Part shown: positions 7,663-15,001 of the stretch, in pieces
How positions within the stretch are numbered: the first letter of the stretch is position 1
How the letters are laid out: each line of letters opens with the position of its first letter
DNA from: a virus
Lineage: Duplodnaviria; Caudoviricetes
Virus record (IMG/VR): IMGVR_UViG_3300036833_000139
Span: 1 to 30,836 of that record
DNA: 30,836 bases
Strand: one strand, 5' to 3'
Program-made: the position numbers and the translations under genes
Notes under the pieces: generated by a model
What the model was told of the DNA's origin: nothing
The model's database searches: none
Seen by the model: only the letters and a program-made list of their open reading frames with translations

Positions 7663-8794
7663 CGACGTCGCCAAAGCCAACGCGCAGACGGAGTTCATGA
7701 ACGACTGCGTGCCGTACTTCATCGATGAGGGCAAGGACCAGGATCAGGCGATCGCGATCTGTCTGCATCTGTGGGAAGGCAAGCGCTGGCGCGGCATCCG
7801 CGCTCGCGCCGAGCAGCTGCAGGCCCGGCGCCGTCACGCCGACAACAAGGCCCGCTTTGCGGCGCTGCGCTATCAGCCGCATCCGTGGCGGGCGCTGCGC
7901 CAACGCGCGGCCGAGCTGCTGGTGCGGTTCGATCCCGACGAGCCGCGCGACGAATCCGGCAAATGGACCGACGGCGGCGGTGGTGGCAGCGACGGCGGCG
8001 GCAAAAAACCAGCCAGCGAGACCAAGCCCGCTGTCGCCGCACATGCCAATCCCAAGGTCAAGGAGATCATCGAGAAGGTCCCCGGCGCGCAAGCCGCGAT
8101 CGAGCGCGCTGTCGACAAGCTCGCCAGCGGCAAGCCCAGCGATGCGCCGGTCGGCGAAGGCGGCTACAAACGCTCGGATGGCTTCTACACCGCGCCGCGC
8201 CAAAAGGTGCACGCCGAGATCCTGGAGAAGATCTTCACCCCGGAGAAGATCGCTGCCGCCACGCCCAAGCCGGGCGAGCAGCCGACCGCGCATCTGCTCG
8301 GCGGCTCCGGCGGTTCCGGCAAGGGCTGGTTCACTAAGCCGGACGGCACGGTGCGCACCGACAATGCGATCTATCTGAATTCCGATGACATGAAGGCGAT
8401 GCTGCCCGACTACAAGGGCTGGAACGCGCCGTTGCTACATGAGGAATCGAGCGAGCTGCTGCGGCTGACGGAAAACATCGCCATGGCCCAAGGTCTCAAC
8501 GTCATCATCGACGGCACCATGGGCAAATACGACGGGCTGGCCAAGCGCATCGATCGCTACAAGACCGGCGGCTATCGGGTGGAAGGTCACTTCATGCGGG
8601 TGACACCGGAGACGTCAGCAACCCGCGCGCTGCAGCGGTTCGTGCGCGGCGGCGAGAGCGGCCGCTACGTGCCGCCGGAAATGCTGCTCGCGCATCCGGC
8701 GACCGCTAACTTCGAGAAGGCGCGCAGCAAGATGGACGCCTGGGAGATGTATGACAACGAGGGCACCAAACCGAAGTTTGTCAGCCGCGGCTAG
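7655..8794 (+). CDS. Zeta-toxin-family P-loop kinase with N-terminal capsid-protease-like module and DPDEPRDESGKWT motif
   Basis: LLGGSGGSGKG P-loop, YLNSDDMK, LHEESS, NVIIDGT, RALQRF...GRYVP, MYDN; N-terminal FMNDCVP...DQDQAIAICLHLW. Confidence 0.85.
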   Translation: MTDDVAKANAQTEFMNDCVPYFIDEGKDQDQAIAICLHLWEGKRWRGIRARAEQLQARRRHADNKARFAALRYQPHPWRALRQRAAELLVRFDPDEPRDESGKWTDGGGGGSDGGGKKPASETKPAVAAHANPKVKEIIEKVPGAQAAIERAVDKLASGKPSDAPVGEGGYKRSDGFYTAPRQKVHAEILEKIFTPEKIAAATPKPGEQPTAHLLGGSGGSGKGWFTKPDGTVRTDNAIYLNSDDMKAMLPDYKGWNAPLLHEESSELLRLTENIAMAQGLNVIIDGTMGKYDGLAKRIDRYKTGGYRVEGHFMRVTPETSATRALQRFVRGGESGRYVPPEMLLAHPATANFEKARSKMDAWEMYDNEGTKPKFVSRG

Positions 8795-9024
8795 TTGCGC
8801 GCGCGTTGTTTTTTCGCGATCTCTTCCGCGCACGTGATCCTGATCAGTGTTATCAACTTCTCAGCCAAATCATCCTCGCTATCATGAAGATCATAGCGAA
8901 CCGCGATCTTGACGGCTGTTACGATAAGCGCGGGAATTATATCGCCGGGATCAACAGAGGGCCGTTCGACGAGCCAAGCGATCAGCTCATTGGTCAGCTC
9001 TTGGGCGGCTTGCGGGCTGCTCAC
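8791..9024 (-). CDS. Hypothetical protein (77 aa), convergent with the zeta-like gene
   Basis: GTG at 9024 after AAAGGA; stop codons overlap in CTAG at 8791-8794. Confidence 0.6.
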   Translation of the reverse strand: MSSPQAAQELTNELIAWLVERPSVDPGDIIPALIVTAVKIAVRYDLHDSEDDLAEKLITLIRITCAEEIAKKQRARN

Positions 9025-9029
9025 CAGGG

Positions 9030-9197
9030 CTAATCCTTTTTCGGTTTTGATTTGCGCTTGGCATATTTGTCGTACAGCTCCTGGAACGCCTCTGGCACCT
9101 CGCCGGGGTCCCAATCGCTGTCGAAGTTCTCGAGCGGAATCGGATTGCCGTTGCCGTCGACGTAGCCGTCCGGCTTTTTGTCTTTGTCGTCACTCAT
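9030..9197 (-). CDS. Small acidic protein (55 aa), not in the ORF track
   Basis: Manual translation MSDDKDKKPDGYVDGNGNPIPLENFDSDWDPGEVPEAFQELYDKYAKRKSKPKKD; ATGA overlap with HTH gene, GAGGA upstream. Confidence 0.75.
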   Translation of the reverse strand: MSDDKDKKPDGYVDGNGNPIPLENFDSDWDPGEVPEAFQELYDKYAKRKSKPKKD

Positions 9198-9385
9198 GTG
9201 AAGTCCTCTGCGGTTAAGTTATGCTTTACCATATAGTCTAGCACCTTGGCAATCAGCGGCGGCACGGGCAGCTCGCCAAGCGCATAGCGCCGCGAGGTAC
9301 GCGGATCGATCGCGAGGAAATGCGCCGCCGTCACCTGATTGAATCCGATGCGATCGAGCGCGCGTTGGTATTGTTTCGCGGTCAT
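9194..9385 (-). CDS. Small XRE/Cro-like helix-turn-helix regulator (63 aa)
   Basis: MTAKQYQRALDRIGFNQVTAAHFLAIDPRTSRRYALGELPVP; ATGA coupling, GGAGA RBS. Confidence 0.85.
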   Translation of the reverse strand: MTAKQYQRALDRIGFNQVTAAHFLAIDPRTSRRYALGELPVPPLIAKVLDYMVKHNLTAEDFT

Positions 9386-9594
9386 GGGGTGGTCTCCGCA
9401 AACGGGCGCCCGTGATAACCATCGAGGAATGCAACCAGCTCGGCGGCGTCGTAGGCCTGCAGGCTGACGACGTACCACGTCAACGGATGGCCGACCGCGC
9501 GCACCCGGCGCCCGCGCCAGTACGCCCGACGCGCAGCCGAGACCAAGCCCGCTTCCGCGAGCTTGGCCCGATACTCGGCCATTGTCTGTTCCAT
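9382..9594 (-). CDS. Hypothetical phage protein
   Basis: Abuts upstream stop and is coupled to the HTH gene. Confidence 0.6.
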   Translation of the reverse strand: MEQTMAEYRAKLAEAGLVSAARRAYWRGRRVRAVGHPLTWYVVSLQAYDAAELVAFLDGYHGRPFAETTP

Positions 9595-9978
9595 CTAGGC
9601 GCCGTGCACCGCGAGATACTTCGCTGCGCCCGCCTTTTCGGCTTCCGCCTTCACCACTTTGCTGACGCCGGGAAACCGCACAACCTTGCCGTCGCCGCTA
9701 ATCTTGAATGAGCCGCGCCGCACAACCGGATCGCCGACCCAGTCGGGATGATCGCCGAACCCGCGCGCAATCGCTTCGGCCTTGCGCTCCTCGTCAGTCA
9801 ACGTCTTGACCGTCTTGAACACCGTTCCGGTGATCGAGCCGTCATCGTGCTCGACCCGCGACGTTTCATAAAAACCGTCCGACAAGCCGTTGCTCGAGTG
9901 ATTGGTGGTCCCGCGCCGGGCGATCTCGCCCAACGCCTGGAAAACGTAACCGGCTTTCGCCGCGTAGCTGTAACCCAT
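9595..9978 (-). CDS. Hypothetical phage protein (127 aa)
   Basis: GAGGA RBS before ATG; globular-looking sequence (FYETSRVEHDDGSITGTVFK...GSFKISGDGKVVRFP). Confidence 0.75.
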   Translation of the reverse strand: MGYSYAAKAGYVFQALGEIARRGTTNHSSNGLSDGFYETSRVEHDDGSITGTVFKTVKTLTDEERKAEAIARGFGDHPDWVGDPVVRRGSFKISGDGKVVRFPGVSKVVKAEAEKAGAAKYLAVHGA

Positions 9979-10014
9979 TGTGTCCTCGTTTCAGTTAGTG
10001 GTGGTAGTTGCTGC

Positions 10015-10332
10015 TCACTCGATCTCCATCGGCAACCCGACGCTTTTACGCAGCGCGCGGTAGCGAGGTTCGGCGAGTTGTTTGCGGAGTAAATTACGTT
10101 CCGCGTCGATGTGCTTTTGCGCGTAGGCAACCGCTTCTTCGCGCGTGGCAAATGCGACGCCCTTGACCGGGTTCCAAGTGTGGAACCTGCTGATCCGATC
10201 CGGCCGGTCATAGTTGATGACGGGCACATAGGGATAAGCTGGATTGCGTCCGCGTTTGGCGGCCGACGCGCGGCCATACCAACGCTCAGCGGCAATGGCC
10301 TCGATCGCAGTCATCAGTTCAACGCGGTTCAT
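10015..10332 (-). CDS. Hypothetical phage protein (105 aa), first gene of leftward operon
   Basis: CAGGA upstream of ATG 10332; RGRNPAYPYVPVI...FATREEAVAYAQKHI. Confidence 0.7.
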   Translation of the reverse strand: MNRVELMTAIEAIAAERWYGRASAAKRGRNPAYPYVPVINYDRPDRISRFHTWNPVKGVAFATREEAVAYAQKHIDAERNLLRKQLAEPRYRALRKSVGLPMEIE

Positions 10333-10439
10333 CTCGAATTCCTGGTGCGGGTGTTCCGGCGAGACCCGCTCACGCCGCCCGCCAGCTCCGCTGCCGAGTC
10401 CGGGCCACCGCCGTCGCGATGGCAATCTCTCACGCTCTT

Positions 10440-10467
10440 AATATAGGGCATCACGCCCTATACGCAA
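10440..10467 (-). promoter_or_regulatory. Sigma70-like promoter (TTGCGT-N16-TATATT) with operator palindrome TATAGGGC-N5-GCCCTATA (10442-10462)
   Basis: Perfect 8-bp inverted repeat read directly, spanning the -35/-10 spacer. Confidence 0.75.
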
Positions 10468-10470
10468 GTG

Positions 10471-10490
10471 GTGCGGTGAGCATGCCGCAC
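10471..10490 (+). promoter_or_regulatory. RNA hairpin GTGCGGT-GAGCAT-GCCGCAC upstream of the protease-capsid RBS
   Basis: 7-bp stem (one G-U); the same loop motif recurs three times before the internal capsid start. Confidence 0.6.
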
Positions 10491-10516
10491 GTATCCCCAT
10501 ACCGATGGAGGCAGAA

Positions 10517-13105
10517 ATGCCCATGAAACCGCACAAGGGTGAAAGCCAGGACGCGTTCATGAAGCGTTGCGTGCCCGACATGATGGGCGACGGTAAGCGT
10601 GAGCAGGACCAAGCCGTCGCTGCTTGCATGTCGATCTGGCGCGACGACAAGGGGCAGAAGCAACCCGAGGGCAAAGACTTTGCCGACCCCGGTTATCGCG
10701 GCGACGGCGGCAAGCGCTATGTGATCGATACTGCCGATCAGGTGCGCACGGCATGGCACAACATTCATCGCGCCGGTGAAATCTATACCAAGGCGCAGGA
10801 CGATCGCATCAAGGCGCGCATCATCTCGGCCTGGAAAGTGCTGATCGACAAGGCCGGGCCGCCCGACCTGGGCGATGCCAGCAACCGCGCGGCGTTGCGC
10901 CAGCATGTCGTGACGGTGACCAAACAGGACTGCCCAGAAGTCGACGCCGACGAAAGCCACGACGACTACATCGAGCGCTGCATGTCGGAAATGGGCGACA
11001 TGGCCGACGATGACGCCGAGGAAGCGTGTCAGCTGGCCTGGGAAGAATCCAACGACAATGAGCGTAGTGGCGACGCTGTGCTGCTGCACAAGACGATGGC
11101 GACGCCGAGCACCGGCATGGAGTTCGTGCTGTCGGACGGGACCCCGGATCGGTTTGGTGACGTGATCGAACCGCTTGGCTGGAAAATCGACACCTTCGCT
11201 TCCAACCCCATTGCCCTCTTCAATCACAATACTTCGTTCGTTATCGGCCGCTGGCGGAACCTGCGCGTCACCGACAAGGATCTGCGCGGCGATCTCGAGC
11301 TGGCGCCCAAGGGCACCAGCGACCGCATCGATGAGATCCGCAAACTGATTGAGGCCGACATTTTACGCGCGACTAGCGTCGGCTTCCGGCCGATCGCATC
11401 CGCGCCGATCAACGCTAAGGACCCGTGGGGCGGTGTGCACTACACCGAACACGAGTTGGTCGAGACCAGCGTGGTCGCTGTCCCAGCCAATCCCAATGCG
11501 CTGGCGGTAGCCAAAGGCTTAGGCGTTTCTGGGAATACGTTGCGCATGGTGTTTGGCGAGCAAGCCGACAAGGGCACCATCGTGCAGCGCGAGTATCGAG
11601 CGCAACGGGGCGAGCACGCCGACACACCAAAGCGCGAGACGACGACGACCAAACAAACTGGCGAGCATGCCGATCCCAAACAGATTGGAGCACAACGGAG
11701 GACTCCCATGTTGCTCTCGCAGCGAATTCAGGAACTGGAAAAGAGCTTACTGGCGGATCAAGACGATCTCGACCGCCATCTGGAAACCATTGACGACGAC
11801 AATCCGACCGAAGAGCAGATGGCGCTGACCGAAGATAAGACCACTAAGATCGAGAACAAGCAGCGTCAGCTCAACAACCTCAAGACGGTCGAGGCCAAGA
11901 ACGGCAACGGTGCGATCGACACCTCGACTGCGACGGCCGTCGCTCGGCGTAAGAGCAACGAGATCCGGCTTCCGGCCGAGCTGGCCCCGCGTCCGGCCAA
12001 GAAGGCTGACCCGCTCGATTTCATCGTGCGCGCCGCCATCGTCCGTGCCAAATCAAAGGTCGAAGGCGTCAGCATCGACGATATGCGGCGCAAGATCTAT
12101 GGCGACGACGAAGCCACCCGCATCATGACCGATCTGGTGTTGAAGGCGGCGACCGCTCCGGCGGAAACCACCGTCACGGGGTGGGCGGCTGAACTGGTCC
12201 GCACCGTGTGGGCGGCGTGGATGGACGTCTTGCTGCCTGTTTCGGTATTGCCAAAGCTAAGCGCGATCGGTCTCGGCCTCACGTTCGGACAGAACGGCCG
12301 CATTGTCATTCCGACGCGCTCGCTGACGCCGTCGATCGCCGGTGCGTTTGTTGGTGAAGGTCAACCAATTCCGGTGCGTCAGGGCGCCTTCACCTCGCAG
12401 ACCCTGACTCCCAAGAAACTTGCTGTTATCACTTCCTGGACTAAAGAGATGGAGGACTTTTCCATTCCAGCAATTGAGGGTCTGCTACGGCAGGCGATCA
12501 TCGAAGACACGGCGGTGGCGCTCGATACGGTATTGCTCGACAACAACGTCGCCACCGCGATCCGGCCACCCGGCTTGCGCTCTTACGGCGCTGGTCTGAC
12601 GCCGAGTGCAACGACTCCATTCGCCAACTTTGTCGCCGATTACAACGCGCTCTATGGTGCGCTGCTGACAGCGACCAAGGGTAACGTGCGCCGCCCGGTG
12701 ATCTTGCTCAACCCGACGGAGGTGCAGTCACTCAGCATGCTGCAACCGCCCAACGCAGCGGCGCCGTTATTCCCGTTCATGACGATGCTGGATAACAACC
12801 GGCTGGTCCGCGCCGATCTTGTTGAATCGTCGACGGTGACTGCGGGAACGGCGATCATGCTCGACGCGGCCGATTTCACCACCGCCGGTGCTGAAGGTCC
12901 GCGCATGGACATTTCAGATACTGCGACTCTGCATATGGAAGATACGGCTCCGGCGGATATCGTGTCCGGATCGCCCGGTGTTGTCGCTACTCCGGTCAAA
13001 TCGATGTGGCAGACCGACAGCCTCGCCCTCCGCATGATCATGCGCCTCAATTGGATCATGCGGCGCCCGGTGGTCGCCTGGATGAGCGGCGTCACTTGGA
13101 AGTAA
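10517..13105 (+). CDS. Prohead protease (HK97/U35 type) fused to major capsid protein, with N-terminal Cys/Trp modules and a DUF6582-like domain
   Basis: GGAGG RBS at 10507-10511; protease motifs DRFGDVI, LFNH, ATSVGF, LVETSVVAVPANPNA; capsid motifs GEGQPIP, LTPKKLAVIT, WQTDSLALR. Confidence 0.95.
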   Translation: MPMKPHKGESQDAFMKRCVPDMMGDGKREQDQAVAACMSIWRDDKGQKQPEGKDFADPGYRGDGGKRYVIDTADQVRTAWHNIHRAGEIYTKAQDDRIKARIISAWKVLIDKAGPPDLGDASNRAALRQHVVTVTKQDCPEVDADESHDDYIERCMSEMGDMADDDAEEACQLAWEESNDNERSGDAVLLHKTMATPSTGMEFVLSDGTPDRFGDVIEPLGWKIDTFASNPIALFNHNTSFVIGRWRNLRVTDKDLRGDLELAPKGTSDRIDEIRKLIEADILRATSVGFRPIASAPINAKDPWGGVHYTEHELVETSVVAVPANPNALAVAKGLGVSGNTLRMVFGEQADKGTIVQREYRAQRGEHADTPKRETTTTKQTGEHADPKQIGAQRRTPMLLSQRIQELEKSLLADQDDLDRHLETIDDDNPTEEQMALTEDKTTKIENKQRQLNNLKTVEAKNGNGAIDTSTATAVARRKSNEIRLPAELAPRPAKKADPLDFIVRAAIVRAKSKVEGVSIDDMRRKIYGDDEATRIMTDLVLKAATAPAETTVTGWAAELVRTVWAAWMDVLLPVSVLPKLSAIGLGLTFGQNGRIVIPTRSLTPSIAGAFVGEGQPIPVRQGAFTSQTLTPKKLAVITSWTKEMEDFSIPAIEGLLRQAIIEDTAVALDTVLLDNNVATAIRPPGLRSYGAGLTPSATTPFANFVADYNALYGALLTATKGNVRRPVILLNPTEVQSLSMLQPPNAAAPLFPFMTMLDNNRLVRADLVESSTVTAGTAIMLDAADFTTAGAEGPRMDISDTATLHMEDTAPADIVSGSPGVVATPVKSMWQTDSLALRMIMRLNWIMRRPVVAWMSGVTWK
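11708..13105 (+). CDS. Major capsid protein from an in-frame internal start (coiled-coil delta domain plus HK97 fold)
   Basis: GGAGGACTCCCATG at 11697-11710, in frame; MLLSQRIQELEK begins a coiled coil. Confidence 0.7.
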   Translation: MLLSQRIQELEKSLLADQDDLDRHLETIDDDNPTEEQMALTEDKTTKIENKQRQLNNLKTVEAKNGNGAIDTSTATAVARRKSNEIRLPAELAPRPAKKADPLDFIVRAAIVRAKSKVEGVSIDDMRRKIYGDDEATRIMTDLVLKAATAPAETTVTGWAAELVRTVWAAWMDVLLPVSVLPKLSAIGLGLTFGQNGRIVIPTRSLTPSIAGAFVGEGQPIPVRQGAFTSQTLTPKKLAVITSWTKEMEDFSIPAIEGLLRQAIIEDTAVALDTVLLDNNVATAIRPPGLRSYGAGLTPSATTPFANFVADYNALYGALLTATKGNVRRPVILLNPTEVQSLSMLQPPNAAAPLFPFMTMLDNNRLVRADLVESSTVTAGTAIMLDAADFTTAGAEGPRMDISDTATLHMEDTAPADIVSGSPGVVATPVKSMWQTDSLALRMIMRLNWIMRRPVVAWMSGVTWK

Positions 13106-13213
13106 TGTTCTGCTAAACTCATTGGAACTGTGCCAGCACGAATGAACGTGCTTCGGGGCGACTGTAAACGCCCCGGCGCAGGACCAAACAAAATCGAAAC
13201 AAGGAGAACGATC

Positions 13214-13561
13214 ATGGCAGACCAGCAACAGGATCAGAAACAGCGCCTCATGCAGGAACGCGAACAGCGTGCCAGGGAACAGGAAGAACAGCGCGCGGCA
13301 CATCGCGGCACGCCGACGCCGACCCAGGAAGAGGCCGACTTGCTCAATCTCGGGCAGCATGTCGAGCTGGCCAAGGATGGCTCCGAGGAAGATCACAACG
13401 TCGGCTTCACCCAGCGCCAGCTCGAGGGTGAACGCGGCGGTGATTACAAGACCCGGCGTTCGGAACCGCAGCAACATCAGCCCAGCGGCTCGCAGCAACG
13501 ATCGCCGCAACCGCAGCCGCATTCCCAGCATACGTCGCCGCGGCCACCTGAGAACAAGTAA
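13214..13561 (+). CDS. Head-cluster hypothetical protein, Gln-rich
   Basis: AAGGAG RBS; GTPTPTQEEADL core; lies between capsid and portal. Confidence 0.8.
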   Translation: MADQQQDQKQRLMQEREQRAREQEEQRAAHRGTPTPTQEEADLLNLGQHVELAKDGSEEDHNVGFTQRQLEGERGGDYKTRRSEPQQHQPSGSQQRSPQPQPHSQHTSPRPPENK

Positions 13562-13570
13562 GCGACGATA

Positions 13571-15001
13571 ATGAACCTGCTCGGCAGATTCTCACGGAAC
13601 TGGAGGACCCCGGTCGCGAAAGCGGCCGAGGGCGAATATCGCCCCGGCCCGTGGAATCTGCCGATCACGAACGGCTGGTTGCCTGCCCAAATCGGCAATT
13701 CGATCAATTGGTGGCAACTCGGTTACGACCCGATCCTGGCGGGCAGCAAGCTCGCCATCATCGAGGCGTGTGTCGGTGCCTATAGCCAGACACTGGCGAT
13801 GTGCCCAGGCGACCATTGGCGCAGTTTGCCGAACGGCGGGCGCGAGCGCGTCACCACCTCGGCGCTCTCACGCATTCTACGCAAGCCGAACGATTATCAA
13901 TCCATTTCCGATTTGATGCTGAATGCGGTGCGCCAGCTCTACCTCGAGGGCAACGCCTATCTGTGGTGTCCGCGCAACGCCCGCTTTGAGATCCAGGAAC
14001 TGCACCTGATGGATAACCGCTACTCGCGCGCCATGATCGACGGCGAGGGCGAGGTGCATTACCAACTCGGCGGGAATGCCATCATTCTAAACCGGTTCGG
14101 CTCGCTACTGTCGCGGGTGCCGATGCGCGACGTGCTGCATATCAAGCTGCACTGCGATCAGCTGCGCGATCCGCTACGCGGCGAAAGCCCGCTCACCAGC
14201 GCCTATCTCGACGTCGCCACCGGCATGTCGATCCGCGCTCAGCAGGCAACGTTCTACCAAAACCAAGCCAAGCCCGGCACTGTGCTGGCGACCGATCTGC
14301 AGCTCGACAAGGATCAGGTGTCGGCGCTGCGCGATCGCTGGACTGAGCAGACATCCGGCAGCAACGTCGGCGGCACGCCGATTCTCACCAACGGGCTAAA
14401 ACCGCTGGCGCTGCCGAACGTCGCCTTCCGCGATGCGCAGATGGCCGAAGTGTTGAAGCTGACCGACGCCGATATCGCCATGGCGTTCCGGGTGCCGCCC
14501 GCGATCCTTGGCATTGCCCAAGGTCCGCGCGAGACCGAAGCGCTGATGCAAAGCTGGATTGCCTCCGGGCTCGGCTTTTGCTTGAACCACGTCGAGGAAG
14601 CGTTCGGCCTCACCTTCGAGCTGAAGGGGGTCCCGGACGAGTACGTGGAGTTTGATACCAAAGCACTTCTGCGGTCAGCTTTTGTGAACCGCATCGAAGG
14701 TCTGACGAAGGCCGTCATCGGCGGTGTCATGTCGCCGAACGAAGCCAGAAATTCTGAGGATCTTCCTAACACACCGTTTGGAGACGAGCCGAGGGTTCAA
14801 CAACAAGTGGTCCCATTGTCGCAAGTGGGTAAAACGCCTGCAGCTCCCGCCGCTCCGCCCGCGCCGACAGCCCCACGGCCGCCGCCGCCAAGCAGGAGCT
14901 TGTTTGATGGACAACGAGACGCCTACGTTCGAAGCATGCTCAACCGATCCAAACAGATCGAACGCGAGCATCAGCGACGCATTTCAGGAGATGTTGTTTG
15001 A
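13571..15001 (+). CDS. Portal protein (HK97 family)
   Basis: RKPNDYQS, LYLEGNAY, DVLHIK, LRGESPL, IAMAFRVPPAILG, GVMSPNEAR. Confidence 0.96.
   Translation: MNLLGRFSRNWRTPVAKAAEGEYRPGPWNLPITNGWLPAQIGNSINWWQLGYDPILAGSKLAIIEACVGAYSQTLAMCPGDHWRSLPNGGRERVTTSALSRILRKPNDYQSISDLMLNAVRQLYLEGNAYLWCPRNARFEIQELHLMDNRYSRAMIDGEGEVHYQLGGNAIILNRFGSLLSRVPMRDVLHIKLHCDQLRDPLRGESPLTSAYLDVATGMSIRAQQATFYQNQAKPGTVLATDLQLDKDQVSALRDRWTEQTSGSNVGGTPILTNGLKPLALPNVAFRDAQMAEVLKLTDADIAMAFRVPPAILGIAQGPRETEALMQSWIASGLGFCLNHVEEAFGLTFELKGVPDEYVEFDTKALLRSAFVNRIEGLTKAVIGGVMSPNEARNSEDLPNTPFGDEPRVQQQVVPLSQVGKTPAAPAAPPAPTAPRPPPPSRSLFDGQRDAYVRSMLNRSKQIEREHQRRISGDVV

Noticed and set aside
8272-8287. GGCGAGCAGCCGAC as another GAGCAN hairpin
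   Set aside because: Loop is one base shorter, it lies mid-gene with no nearby start, and Gly-Glu-Gln codons generate such matches by chance
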